A DNA stretch of 37,766 nucleotides from Octopus bimaculoides (Eukaryota): the NCBI RefSeq assembly GCF_001194135.2, contig NC_068986.1, forward strand, positions 11,790,271 through 11,828,036, read 5' to 3'. A program made the translations under genes and the position numbers. The notes beneath the pieces were generated by a model, which was given only the letters and a program-made list of their open reading frames with translations, was not told the origin of the DNA and ran no database searches. This document shows, piece by piece, positions 1-11,885 of the stretch (its first letter is position 1; every line of letters starts with the position of its first letter).

Positions 1-43
1 TCTAGACTTATTCTCTTTTCATGATGCTAACATATTTTTATAA

Positions 44-71
44 AGAGAGAGAGAGAGAGAGGGAGAGGGAG
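44..71. repeat. (GA)n microsatellite
   Basis: Direct run agagagagag...gagggaga. Confidence 0.9.
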
Positions 72-875
72 AGTGTTGCATAAAATATTGGTTCTTGGAA
101 GAAATTCGAGTATTGTATAATTTTTTTTTTCTGTTGTGTAAAGAAAAACAAAAACTTATCAATTTTATCTTTTGGCCCTTTTAGATGGAAAAGAATAATT
201 GTACAGAGCTTAAGACTATTCCATCTCTAAATTTGTGGTTTATTATCAGTTTGAAATAATTTCCTCTTTACAAAGTGGATTTCAAGCAGGATCCAAATGA
301 TGGCAAATACAACTTAATTTTTTTTTTTTTTTTTTCAGTTTCTTTTCTAAAAACAAAGCTTTATATTTTTGTAAATGTCATTTACATAAGTCCAGTAAAC
401 CAGTCATATAAAATTGCTTATTGAATCTTTTTGTAAACCACAACTAACCATTAAGTATAAATATTTGATAAATTTTGAAAATGTTTTAATTTAAATGTGA
501 ACACTTAAAACCAGATTCTGTATCATAGATCTTAATATATAAAGTTGCTTAGTTCAGTCATAAAATCACAACACCCTTATGTTGGCCCAGATCGTGTTTC
601 CTTCCTGTACCATAATGTTCACAGGTTTATGCAAGAATGTATGACCTCTCGTGAATCAATTAATGCTTCTAATACTTGTCTACTTAAGAAACTCAATTTT
701 TTTTTCTAAGGGTCAAATTTCTAATACATTAGGATTTCAATTAATTTCAGCTTTAATTAGTAACTCATTCCATTATGAATGGAATTATCCATGTGTATGA
801 ATGATTCTACTGAAGATGGTCTTTTTTTCTAACTGTTCTAGACAATCAATAAAAAAGAAATATATATTACCGATA

Positions 876-1255
876 AGCTTGGCTCTATGATTAGGAAGTT
901 TGCTTCCCAACCACATGGTTTTAGGTTCAGTCCTACTATATGGCACCTTGGACAAGAGGTTTCTACTGTAGTCCTGGACTGACCAAAGCCTTATCAATGG
1001 GTTTGATAAACTGAAATAATCCCATTGGGTGTGCATGCATTTATGTTAGTGTGTCTCTTTTTCTGATATTTGTAACGGAGTGTCACTGTTGTACATGCAG
1101 TGTCCTTCATTTCCAATCTTCTGTGAGGAAATAATACCTTCCTTGGAAATGGGGGACAATTGGCAACAGGAAGGATATCTGATCATAGAAAATCTGCCTC
1201 AATGAATTCTATCTAATCTATGGAAGTATGGAGAAGGGAATGTTAAAGTGATTAT
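876..1255 (+). mobile_element. Degenerate tRNA-derived SINE (octopus OR-type head; GGCAACAGGAAGG-type tail)
   Basis: Head aagtttgcttcccaaccacatggttttaggttcagtcc matches the copies at 3091, 13224 and 21245; tail ggcaacaggaagg...gaaaatctgcctc is shared with 13224 and 21245. Confidence 0.75.
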
Positions 1256-1541
1256 ATATCATATCTGTCTATATTTATTTAATGTGCAAAATATGGGTTC
1301 ATAGAATCCTGTGGTGATCACAAAGAAGCTCCTGTAGTGGCCCCAGCGACCATACCACAAAGTAGTCCTTTGATATGAAGGTTAGCTCTTCAGATCAAAG
1401 AACATCCTGGTTACATCAATTTTCCAACTCAGTTGAAAAATAAAATTATTACACGGAGAAGGCTGTGAAATGGCAATCATCCTATGGATGTCAGTTGGTG
1501 AAATATGTTCATCCCTCATACATCTTGGCTTATGTTCTGCA

Positions 1542-1580
1542 CGCTCGCTCGCTCGCTCGCTCGCTCGCTCGCACACACAC
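1542..1580. repeat. (CGCT)n microsatellite grading into (CA)n
   Basis: Direct run cgctcgctcgct...cgcacacac. Confidence 0.9.
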
Positions 1581-1868
1581 AGTTCCAAGTTCAGCCCCAT
1601 TGTGTAGCACCTTGGGCAAATGTCTTCTACAGCTTTGGGCTGGCCAAAGCATTGTGCATGCTTTTGATGGACAAAAGCTGAAAGAAGACCTCTGTGTGTC
1701 TGTCCACCACCATTGCTGCTTGACAACCAGTGTTGGTGTGAATGTGTTCCCATAACTTAGTGGTTTAGCAAAAGGGACCAACAGAATTAGTGTCAGGTTA
1801 AAGAAAAATTCTTCAAAGTGGCACTCCAGCATAGCCATTAGTTTAATAACTGAAATAAAAGATAAGAT
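1581..1868 (+). mobile_element. 5'-truncated OR2-like tRNA SINE
   Basis: gttccaagttcagcccc...caccttgggcaaatgtcttctac...gcactccagcatagcc...ctgaaataaaag parallels the 3091-3460 copy. Confidence 0.75.
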
Positions 1869-1920
1869 ATATATATATAGTGGTAGTTTTTGTGAATCAT
1901 TGTGAGGTGTAATTTGCACC

Positions 1921-2095
1921 TCTGAGCAACAGACTTTTTCTAACGACTGCTCTTCCGAAAGTCCTGAAGAAGGGATCTTTACCCCAAAATATAGAAATAC
2001 AAAGTAAAATTGTAACTTTGTTCTGTTTCCTTTTCAATTTATAGTTTACTTTGTACCTTCTTGCATTGTTCCAGCTTTACACAACTACATTCTTT
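1921..2095 (+). mobile_element. Solo Penelope-like pseudo-LTR remnant with decayed hammerhead-like motif
   Basis: Colinear with 27530-27690 (ctgagcaa...cctgaagaaggga...ccc..aaatatagaaat...gtttacttt...gttccag); that second copy follows a GIY-YIG-like fossil. Confidence 0.55.
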
Positions 2096-2097
2096 TG

Positions 2098-2255
2098 GCC
2101 CCCGTGTGGGTGTGACACATAATAAACACCCACTACACTGAGTAATTGGTGTTAGGAAGGGCATCCAGCTGTAGAAACATTGCCAGATCAGACTGGAGCC
2201 TGGTGCAGCCTCTGGCTGTCTAACCCATGCCAGCATGGAAAGCGGATGTTAAATG

Positions 2256-2257
<2 letters not shown>
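2098..2257 (+). mobile_element. RTE-type LINE 3' tail fragment
   Basis: ggtgttaggaagggcatccagctgtagaaac...aacccatgccagcatggaaagcggatgttaaatgat; the same tail follows RTE-like coding remnants at 26555-27094 and 11886-12245. Confidence 0.8.

Positions 2258-2260
<3 letters not shown>

Positions 2261-2312
<52 letters not shown>
2261..2312. repeat. (TA)n microsatellite
   Basis: Direct run. Confidence 0.95.
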
Positions 2313-2315
<3 letters not shown>

Positions 2316-2744
2316 AATGAATAAAACTTTTATGTCAAGTTATAATAAAACAATCTCGCATTAAACTGAAAAATTGCTCTACTTTTTCAGTGGAATACAT
2401 TAAACTTTTACAGGAAGACAGGTGACAGTCTGATGGAGGTTAGCAGGCTCTTGTAAAGTTTAATAAGTATATCGCAGTGAGAGAGAGGATATTTCTTGCA
2501 AGGCTAAACAGTTATTAAGTCTCTTCCTGGCTGTCCATTGCTATACAGATATGATTAATGGTATTCTGGGATTAAAGTGCCAGCTCTCACCTGCAACCAA
2601 TTGTGGCTTGGTAACTTGTATTGTGCTTTTTGCTTGTTAGTTTAGGTATCTAGACATTGTTTTGGATCTTCCATCCTTTTGACCCAGTTGTAACATCCAG
2701 TATTTGACATAGAATGAAAGAGAGAGTGATGCACTGTTATTGGT

Positions 2745-2880
2745 TGTTACTCAGTTGCAGCTAAGTTGACTGGAGTAATGTGAAATGTCTTAAGGACATA
2801 GTGCACAGCCAGGTCTAGGATTTGAATCCATAATGTTATGATTCTGAGCTGAACACCTGAATCACAAGGCCATGCACCTT
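2745..2880 (-). mobile_element. Degenerate tRNA SINE (third family)
   Basis: ttgactggagtaatgtgaaatgtcttaaggac...gatttgaatcc...ggccatgcacct is similar to 10030-10255. Confidence 0.55.
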
Positions 2881-3090
2881 TATGAATTGAGGCATGTGAG
2901 TTTGAATCCTTTCAAAGTCATGTCAAATAAAATGATAACACAATAATTGTTGGGGAAACCTCAAAAATCAACTTGGCAGAGAAACTAAGAGAATTGAATA
3001 AGAACCTGCAGAAGTGTTGTGGGCTTTCAGAATGTAATCAGTGTTCTCTCACCTTAGGAAACATTCAAACCTAAAAACTGAATAAATATA

Positions 3091-3460
3091 GGCACAGGCA
3101 TAGCTGTGTGGTAAGAAGCTTGCTTCCTAACAATGTGGTTCTGGGTTCGGTCCCACTATGTGGTACCTTGGAAAAGTGCCATCTACAGCTTTGGGCCAAC
3201 CAAAACCTTGTGAATAGATTTGGGATATGGAAACTGAAAGAAGTTCATTGTGTGTCTTTGTATGTTTGTGGTCCCCCCCACTATTTGACAACTAGTGTTG
3301 GTATGTTTACTTCCCTGTAACTTACTGGTTCGGTAAAAGAGTTCGATAGAATAAGTACCAGATTTAAAAAATAAAAAAGTACTGGGGTTGATTCAGTCAA
3401 CTAAGAAATTCAAGGCAGTGCTCCAGCATGACCACAATCTAATGACAAACAAGTAAAAGA
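3091..3460 (+). mobile_element. Near full-length OR2-like tRNA-derived SINE
   Basis: A-box-like tagctgtgtgg and B-box-like gggttcggtccc; the tail ctccagcatgaccacaatctaatgac recurs at 25535, 32883, 33590 and (reverse) 23950. Confidence 0.85.
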
Positions 3461-3970
3461 AAAAAATTTGAAATGAATTAAAGACTTGTAAAGTTCATCT
3501 TTACTAATCTCACAATGTGTCGGGTTTGAATATAATTTTTTTTTTAACACTTAAATTTTAAATTGTTTTAGTTTGCAAATTTAGGTTTTTCTCTGCAATG
3601 TGTCATAGTTTTCTAAATGTGTAAAGCACATGTTTATATTGTGTCTGAAAATAATTAAAACCATTAAATAGTGATTTGTAAATGGTCTGTAGCTATGAAG
3701 GAAGATATTTGAATTGTTAAGTTATCCATGCTCCAGGAAAGGCTTATTTGAATAAACTAAATGTTACCAAAACATTTACTACTTAAAACACTAACAAATA
3801 TTTTCAGTTTATTTGGTTGCCTCTTGAAGAAATTAAAACTCCTTCAAGTATCTTGTAGCGTGGTTGCCTTGTAGATTTTTTTTTGCTGAATTTTCAGCTT
3901 TTGCTCAAGTTTTTTTTTTTTGTATTTCTCTTTATATTACAATCATTTTTTTTAGTGTTCTTTATTTTAA

Positions 3971-4338
3971 CCCATTTATTGCTTTACTTCTATTGAAGTG
4001 CACTGCCTTTCTTTCAATCTTTTTCTGCTAATTGGTGCAAGGCTTGAAATTTTGGGGAAGGTAGCTAGTTTGATTACATTGACCCCAGTGTATCACTGGT
4101 ACTTATATCATCGACCCCTGAAAGAATGAAATGCAGAGTCAGCCTCTGTAGAATTTGAATTCGCTGGAATAAATGCTGCTAAGCATTTTGTCTGCTGTGC
4201 TAAGGATTCTGTCTGCTTTTATTGTTTATCTGGTGTTTGGACTATAAATTAACATGAAATTTTGATGGAAACATTTTATCTAGATCACATTGAAACAGGA
4301 AGTTTTGTTCATAAGGCCAGGGATTTGGTATCAGAAGG
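3971..4338. mobile_element. piggyBac-type MITE (TTAA flanks) interrupted by a SINE
   Basis: TTAA at 3967-3970 then cccatttatt...; ends ggtatcagaagg then TTAA at 4339-4342; internal aaattttgatggaa motif shared with other copies. Confidence 0.6.
4030..4212 (-). mobile_element. tRNA SINE (MetaSINE-like family, as 6551-6768)
   Basis: gattacattgaccccagtg...ctggtacttat..tcgacccc.gaaagaatgaaa is the reverse complement of the family core. Confidence 0.7.
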
Positions 4339-5580
4339 TTAAAAAGTTTTTTTTTTTTTATCTCTCTTAAGAGATAATTTTTAAAGTTTCTTTCTATTCT
4401 AATACAGCTACTTTTTCCCCTCCACTTCTTAAACTGCTTGTCTTAGACAGAAATCTATTCAAATGCAGGAAGATGAAGTCCTACTTTTTTTGTTACTGAA
4501 TAACTATGACTCATTGTGAGATAGGCTAGTTGTTAGTTTTCTTAAAGTTGCATAACTTAAGTACAATTTTTGCTCCAAGGTATTTCAACATTTTTTTCTT
4601 GCTGTATTAAATTTGTTTCTGTGATGTTCATATGTGACTGTGGGTCTAAAATGTCAAATCGGATACTGAAATATCAGCTACATTTCTACTTAGCAGTTCA
4701 AGTAAAATATTTCTATTTTAATTTGTCTGCTAGATTATTCAGTATCTTCTAGATGGTTTATTAAACACTTGACATTGAAAGTTACCACAGTAATGTAGTC
4801 TGTAAGAATAACATGTTTTACACACACACACACACATGTAGACGTGTGCACGTGCGCACTATACACACGCACACACGTACTCATGTGTACGTACACATTC
4901 AGTCACTCACACATCTATAATGACAAACAAAAAAAACCTTGTAGAAGATGTTGGCTTTGACACACAGCATTAATGTTTGTGTTGTATGAATCAGATGCTG
5001 TTTATATTTCTAGAGCATCGTCTTTTACTGTGAAGAGGTGGGGCGGGGGTGGGGGTGGAAGCTGGTTTTAACATCAATATAACACTGTTTTAGTGACATA
5101 TCAACAGCTATAAAAAGATCTGAGAGCCATGTCCTAATAACACCCTAAAATATGTCATCAGGAAGAAGCAGTTTTCTACTGTATTGCACCACTCAATCTT
5201 CTTAAATCTTATAAACTTAAACACTTAATTCTCCCTCTTTTTTTTTTTTTTTTATCTCTATTTAATAATAGCTGATATATCATACATGGTGATTGGTTGG
5301 TTCACCCTCCAGTTACTTTTTACATCATAGAGGAGGAGGAGAGAGTTAACTCTAGAGGTACAGGATAAGTGTCAGAACTTTCTGAAAAATACTCCATTTT
5401 TTTTTCTTTGTGATGGAATAAATTGTGAATATGTTGATAAAATTTACTAAGGCAACATTTGTTGCAAATATAGGAATGAAACATTACCTTAAAATTAGAT
5501 AAAACAAATTTCTCATTTGAAAATTTCATTTTGTATAAGCATTAAGAAATTTGGTATCAGTTAATTCATAATTATTATAT

Positions 5581-5760
5581 GTTGGTGCCATGTAAAAAGC
5601 ACCCAGCACACTCTGTTAAGTGGTTAGTATTAGGAAGGGCATTCAGCTATAGAAACCATGCCAAAACAGACGCAGAACCTGACATAGACCTCTAGCTCAT
5701 TTGTTTTTGTCAAACTGTCCAATTCCTACCAACATAAAAAAAGGGCCCTAAATGATGATG
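5581..5760 (+). mobile_element. RTE-type LINE 3' tail fragment
   Basis: attaggaagggcattcagctatagaaaccatgcc...aaatgatgatg. Confidence 0.75.
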
Positions 5761-6162
5761 CACATTGGTAAAAGTATACTTCCAAAGTTACCTATTAAAT
5801 GATGGGGGGACCCTCTTGTTTTTATATAATTCATAACCTCAACACAAAGCATTGAAAAACTTTGCAAAGGAATTTTTTAAATATTAGACAATTTGAGGAG
5901 TGGGAAGGAGGAAAATGTGAATTCATTAACTGGATACAAACCACATATTTATTGCTACCATGACAAATAATGCTGCACGATTTATATAATTTAATCTTTT
6001 CAATAAGTTAAAATGTTAAATGATGCCCATGCCATATTCATTCTTTCCATTCTAGTCTTTTTAAATTTTGTCTACAGTGGAGAGGAAATGCCTTTGTATT
6101 AAGGGTTAGTGTTGGAACTAGAATTTAGTCAGGCACATTAGTACCCTGTTTGTATTTTTTTT

Positions 6163-6350
6163 TTTGTTACCATATTTCTGTTGAAATACGTTTTGTTTCT
6201 GTTAGTTTTGAAAATAACAAGGACTTTATCATTAAGCTGGTGTTTGGAATATATGAATTTTTGATGGAAGGTTTTTGGATCACTTTAAAACCAGAAGTTT
6301 GTATTGTAGAACCAGCTGCAGTCTTGGACAGGTGGACATCGAAAGGAACG
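6163..6350. mobile_element. piggyBac-type MITE fragment
   Basis: ttgttaccatatttctgttgaaatac...attaagctggtgtttggaa...ttttgatggaagg matches the reverse complement of the 28385 and 32302 copies. Confidence 0.65.
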
Positions 6351-6550
6351 AGAAGCTGGGTTCAAAAGTTTATTCTATGCAAAGTAGAGGAGGATCCACT
6401 TTACTTCTGCTGAAACCTTTCTCTTGAAATACACCAATTTTGTTTGATTTTGAGAAATGAAGAATTTAGTAAAATAGCCTTTGTTAGACCGATGTTTGGA
6501 ACAAACATTGGTCTTATATTTTGGTTTTGCCACCAAATTATGAAATTTTG

Positions 6551-6768
6551 GTGGCAGAACTGTTAGCACGCTGGGCAAAATGCTTAGTGGTATTTCATCT
6601 GCCGTTATGTTCTGAGTTCAAATTCTGCCGAGGTCGACTTTACCTTTCATCCTTTTGGGGTCGATTAAATAAGTACCTGTTATGCAATGGAATCGATGTA
6701 ATCGACTTAATCCCTTTGTCTGTCCTTGTTTCTCCCCTCTCTTTAGCCCCCTGTGGGCAATAAATAAA
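6551..6768 (+). mobile_element. Young tRNA SINE (MetaSINE-like core) with 12-bp TSD
   Basis: B box gagttcaaattc; core cctttcatccttttggggtcgattaaataagtacc; TSD tatgaaattttg at 6539-6550 and 6769-6780. The Meta-domain name is from memory. Confidence 0.85.
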
Positions 6769-6819
6769 TATGAAATTTTGATGGAAAGTTTTAATCATTT
6801 TAAAACAGTTTGTATTGTA

Positions 6820-6946
6820 TAGGGTGTCCACAAAGTCTGGGTACATGGGGATTAACACATAATTTAAGATATAACAATTTCTTATATGTAATTGTTTATG
6901 TTATGATTTTATTTATTCCATGTAGCCAAACTTTGTGGACACCCTG
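6820..6946. mobile_element. Tc1/mariner-type MITE, 127 bp
   Basis: 29-bp TIRs (T/C)AGGGTGTCCACAAAGT(C/T)TGG(G/C)TACATGG match at 26/29; TA on both flanks (6818-6819, 6947-6948). Confidence 0.9.
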
Positions 6947-7494
6947 TAGAATAAAAGATTGTCTCAGGTGGGTTGCTATTGAAAAGAGTTAAATTTATAT
7001 AGTTTACAATTGAGGTTCTCACTGTGCTGTGTTTATGCTTGAGCATGATGAATAATGTTACGGTTTTCATAGAAATGACTATGAATAATAAAATAGTTTT
7101 GTATATTTTTTTCTAAAAAAATACATTAACATTAAAATACATGAACTTTCCATGTGAAGTGTGCCAAATTTTGTACTTTGGCCTCCAGTGGACTGTGAAG
7201 TCAAATGTTTAGAATCACTTCTTTAGAAATGAAATAATTCAGATTCCATGGACATGAAGAAATCAAAATAGTTGATGTTAATTTGAGACTGGAACATTAA
7301 GACAAAGTGACTGGAAATAAAAATATGTAGCGACAATAAATATATTAGTCGGTGACCAATATTTTAAATTTTTCATGCATTAAATATTAACACCATTTTC
7401 ATGTGGATGGCATGTATGAACCATCCTGTTTTCTGACACCTACAAAAGTGCAATTTTTGTGCGTTCTGCTTACTTTTCTTAGCTTGCAGGGGTC

Positions 7495-7882
7495 AGGCAA
7501 AATTTTCTAAAGTAGATTTTCTATGGCTGGCTGTCTTTGTTGCCAACCCTTAAGCAGTTTCCACACAAGGTAATATTCTCCCTGGTCCTTCAAACATCAA
7601 CAACACAATAGCTGGGCATAATTTCATAGATTGCAAACGAACACTGCTTTTATGACAGGGATGCTTACTTGCAACTGGTGCATAATAGCAAGACAAGGGC
7701 ACACACACACACACACACATGCTCATATGCACATATATGAACTTTTTATAGTTTCTGTGGACTAAATACATTCATAAGGTTTTGGTTTACTTGGGACTAT
7801 AGCAGACACTTGCTCAAAGTGCCACATCGGACTAAACCTGAAACAGTTGTAAAGCAAACTTCTTAATCAGAACACTGTGCCT
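7495..7882 (-). mobile_element. Degenerate OR-type tRNA SINE
   Basis: agacacttgctcaaagtgccacatcggactaaacctgaaac...agcaaacttctta is the reverse complement of the family head. Confidence 0.7.
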
Positions 7883-8159
7883 TCACCTATAGTGGCCATG
7901 TCTATTGTTTTTCACCACAGCTTCAAGTATTGTAAATGTTAATCATTGAAGAGGTCAATGTTTTTGAAGAAGTCTGGAAGATGTTTTGAGTTATGTTCTC
8001 TTGTATTTGCTGAAAAAGAATGTCTTGGTTATTGATTAATATTTTAATTACAATAATTTCTAGTTAGCTTTTTTTCAGATGTTCTTATTAAATATTACTC
8101 CTAATGCATTTAAATGTTAGAGTACATATTAAAATTTTACAGGGACAAGGTTCACAGTA

Positions 8160-8560
8160 GGTTGGCCAAAACCTTAAGTGGATTTAGTAGATAGAAACTG
8201 AAAGCCTCTGTGTGTGTGTGTGTAGGATCTGGGGTGGGTTTTCTTTTCGTTTTTACTGTTTGCAGGGTATGCTCTCAAATTATTTGTATGTATATATGTG
8301 TGCATGTGTATGTTGAGGTATCTGTGTGGATGTGTGTCTCCTTGTTTTACATCATGCAATAGTTGTAAACAAGTATCACCATCATACAAGAAGCATCATT
8401 TGTATCCAATCTCCCATAAAGACACGTCTAGTCATAGGGAAAAACATTGCCTTATTTGGAAGTGGGTGAGAGTTGGTAAGAGGAAGGACAGCCATCCAAA
8501 GAAAATCTTTAATAAATTCCATTAAAACCATGCAAACATGGACAAGTGGACTTTGGAATT
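8160..8560 (+). mobile_element. Degenerate OR-type SINE with internal (GT)n
   Basis: ggccaaaaccttaagtggatttagtagatagaaactgaaag...ggtaagaggaaggacagccatcc...catgcaaacatggacaagtggac. Confidence 0.6.
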
Positions 8561-8738
8561 TAGAGGTCCCAACTTCTATTTGGTATAGTAAAACTCTCTC
8601 TCCCCTTTCTTGTTTCACTTTTCAATCTTCCCATATTCCCTCCCTGTAGAAATTAGTGTATTGGAATGCCTGAAAGTGTTAGGGGGGTTATTTTCCTGTT
8701 AAGTTTGTTGTTAGCTCTTATTATAAAACTGGTTTCAT

Positions 8739-8944
8739 TCCTCAGCATTTAAACAAGCCATATCTGCCCTAAATATTCCTGTTTTCTGTTCAAACTGGCC
8801 AGATCCAGTCTCGTACATAATCTACAATGTCATTCTGAAAATAATCACATCAAAATCTCAGTGACGAGATAATGCACGATTAATTCAAAACTGTGTGAAT
8901 AAATAAGCATTATTTTTGACAGAATGAGAAAACTAAAGGATTAA
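8739..8944. mobile_element. piggyBac-type MITE, family B (agcatttaaac...ctaaagg-ttaa)
   Basis: Colinear with 22900-23097 and with the reverse complement of 31034-31244 (ttcaaactggccagatccagtctc; gattaattcaaaac). Confidence 0.7.
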
Positions 8945-9222
8945 TTCATCTCTTTTTGGTAGTTCAGAATTTGCTTTGGTCAAGTTTTTCATTGCTTGAA
9001 TTGCCTGGTTCTTCCTATAAACATTGTTTTGGAACATATCCAAATTGTTTCATTAACTCTTCATTCTATGATACAAAATGTTTTAAAGTGATCTAAATTA
9101 AAATATCCTATCAAAATTTCATATTAATGCTTGAAACACCATATTAAGGACAATTGATAAACTTTCGTTTCCAAAATTAAAACAAAGGCTGTATATTTTA
9201 ATAAAAGTATGGCAAGTAAAGG
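8945..9222. mobile_element. Degenerate piggyBac-type MITE, family A
   Basis: Ends ggcaagtaaaggg-ttaa; internal ccatcaaaatttcat-like and aaacaaaggc motifs shared with 28385-28579. Confidence 0.5.
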
Positions 9223-10029
9223 GTTAATTCACTTAAGGTTATCTCTACAAAGATAATCAGTACTGGTTATAATTTCTAAGGAAGATCTGTAGTGATAACC
9301 TTAACCAGTGATGTAGTAGCACCGCTAACACAGAAGAATATAAAAATGAACTTTGTACTATATTAGGGTTGCATAATGAAATCCAGTGTCCCTACATGTC
9401 CTTAGTAAAGGATTAATGTTGGGCTTGTCAGATGCTACGTAGAAATCAATCACTATCGCAAATTCTAGTTTGGTACCTCACATTTCTGAGTTGTGAGTCC
9501 TGGTTCTGTTTCCATCTTGTTAGGGGTTTGCTTCTGTTATTCAGCTGTCAGTTCTTTCTACTCATTTTGTAGGTATTTTTATGGTTTAAGACTCATGTTA
9601 ATTAACCCTACCTATTAAAACAATGGTCCACCAAATGTTGTCACCAGAAGTTTTATGTCAGTGCTACAAGGAATGGGTTTTGAGTTGATGGTTCTACAAA
9701 GGGTGGTGGGGGGAGGGTGCGATTGGTATCAGTGCTACCAGGACAACGTCAATTATGAAATTGGATTGATCCAATAAGTATTGATTCTACACTGAAATCA
9801 AATTCCTGATAAATTGGAATGAGTTGCATTGAAAGAGTGAAGTATGAAGAAGTTTTGAGAGACTAACATGGCTGTTTTAATGTTGACCAACATGGCTATT
9901 TGACTATTTCCCCACCCCCATAAGTAAATATCTTAACTCTCCTTGTCTCAGATTTTAAAATAAAATGTAATTTTCCAAAGAATTGGAATTATTTTGCAGT
10001 TGAATGGTTAGTCCACGTTACTCTGTAAA

Positions 10030-10255
10030 GAGCATAGGGCTGGGTCTCCAGTTTCTCTGGCATAAATATTCTTCCCTGGATGAGGCACTGGTCTGTTATA
10101 CAATTACTAATTTTTGTCACCTGAGGGGGACTGGAGTGACATGAAATGAAGTGTTTTGCTCAAGAACACAACGCATTACCTGGTCCAGGAACTGAAACCA
10201 CAATCTTACCATCATGAGTCCAACACACTAACCATTAAACCACCATGCACCTCCA
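10030..10255 (-). mobile_element. tRNA SINE (third family)
   Basis: gactggagtgacatgaaatgaagtgttttgctcaagaacacaacgc...gaaaccacaatcttacc...catgcacctcc is reverse-complementary to 17955-18095. Confidence 0.75.
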
Positions 10256-11885
10256 GTTTGAATTCTCAGGAATTCAGTGTTTTAATGGAAGTTGTACGAA
10301 ACATGTTCATTATTTAGAATGGTTACCTCGACTTTTAATTCTGTAACATTAGATCTGGTCATAAGTGGGCTTCAGGTTTCTGAACCCTTCCTGTCTTGGT
10401 TTTAACTAGTATTAAAAAGAAAAAATGGCATTTAAGTGCTGGGAACAGCTTAATGGGTAAGCTAGGAAAATTCTCTCTATAAATTAAATTCATTGGGGCA
10501 AATGAAGAAACTGTCAAGAGAGCTGAACACCAGAAGGTCTTCAGAGAAGAAACCCTCCCCAAGCAAGTTTCAGCTCTTCTTACACTGTTAGAGGGCACAG
10601 GGTGCCTTTCTGCTGACACGTTTTAGCCACTTGGATATTAGAAACTTGTGCATTGGGAAATTTCATGCCGTTAGAACTCCTCTGTCGACTCAGCTTTCAA
10701 ACGTGTACTTAAATGATTGAATTAAATGACTGAATTAAATGATATGATTAAAGGGCAATGTTCAAGCAGGAGGTTGATTTTCTTGTGTGTGTGTGGAGAT
10801 AAGTCATAAAAATTTCTGAAATATTACTCTAGATATTGTTTGAAGTCTTGAGATCAAATAACTGTCTTGCTGCTGTAAATAGTGTCAAACTTCCACTTAG
10901 TTTAATAAAAGCACACAAAAAATCTGGGTCACGTTTCTATTCACTTGTTTAAGGATTGACAATGTGATATGAACTATAAAAACTTGCTGTAATATATATG
11001 CAAAGATCTAAATTTGGACTAGTGTGATGGGTGAGGATCAGCAGGTAGGTTAGTTAGTTGGGTAGATGAAAAACTTGATCAGTGACTGGTTTTTTTCTCT
11101 CCATGGATACTTGAATTTGTAAGGTGTATGCAGGTGGAATCTTGATATTTCTGTCTTAATGATATTTATTTCTTTTTACACTCGGAAGGAAGAGAGCCTA
11201 TTGAGGCTTTTCTAAAATGACTGTCATCTATCACAGTGGAAAGGTACTAAAATGGGTCCCTGATTGAAGCCATTACCCCCAACTTCAAATTAAAATGACA
11301 TTGGAGTTGTTATTGCTGACTAGAAACAATTGATTCTACTTACACAGCAACTAAATTTATTGATAATTCAATTAGAAGAAACTTTTAGTATTTTCCTGGC
11401 TATGTTTAAACTTGTTTACCAACTACAGACAGTGAGGTTATTGTATTACACCTTCACAGCCTATCTCTTTCTCTTCCTCTCTTTTTCCTTTTGTCTTGCT
11501 CTCCTATTTCTTTTCTTTTCACTCCCCTCTCTCTTTCTCTCTCTCTCTCTCCTCCTCTAAATTACTATTGGATACCAATTTCTGAGTTGATAAACAAAAG
11601 GAAACTATTTTTATGTCCATGTTCACCTGATCTCTGTGTGAGCGTACGTGTGTGTGCATGTGTGTGTTAGAATGGAAGGTCATTTTAAGAGTAGGAATCG
11701 GTGATGTATCACTCAAATGACTTCTATAAATGTCTGCTTAATATGTGGTTTCTTATCATGCTGGGACTAGTCTTACCAAAGGGCTTTGTTGTCCAAAATG
11801 AAAATATGCATTATTAGCTAAAATTCATAAAACTTCAGTTGTTTTCACAAAATAGCTTGGATTATTTCAGTTTTAATCAGCCCAT

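Noticed and set aside
2414-2438. Possible 25-nt mini-exon (KTGDSLME)
   Set aside because: The splice signals are plausible but common by chance, and there is no phase partner or other support
5037-5058. G-quadruplex-like G-runs (also near 9701-9720, 18248-18258 and 34245-34260)
   Set aside because: Short isolated runs with no positional or conservation evidence
9551-9578. Recursive-splicing AG|GT site
   Set aside because: The regenerated donor GTATTT is weak, and such motifs are expected by chance in T-rich introns
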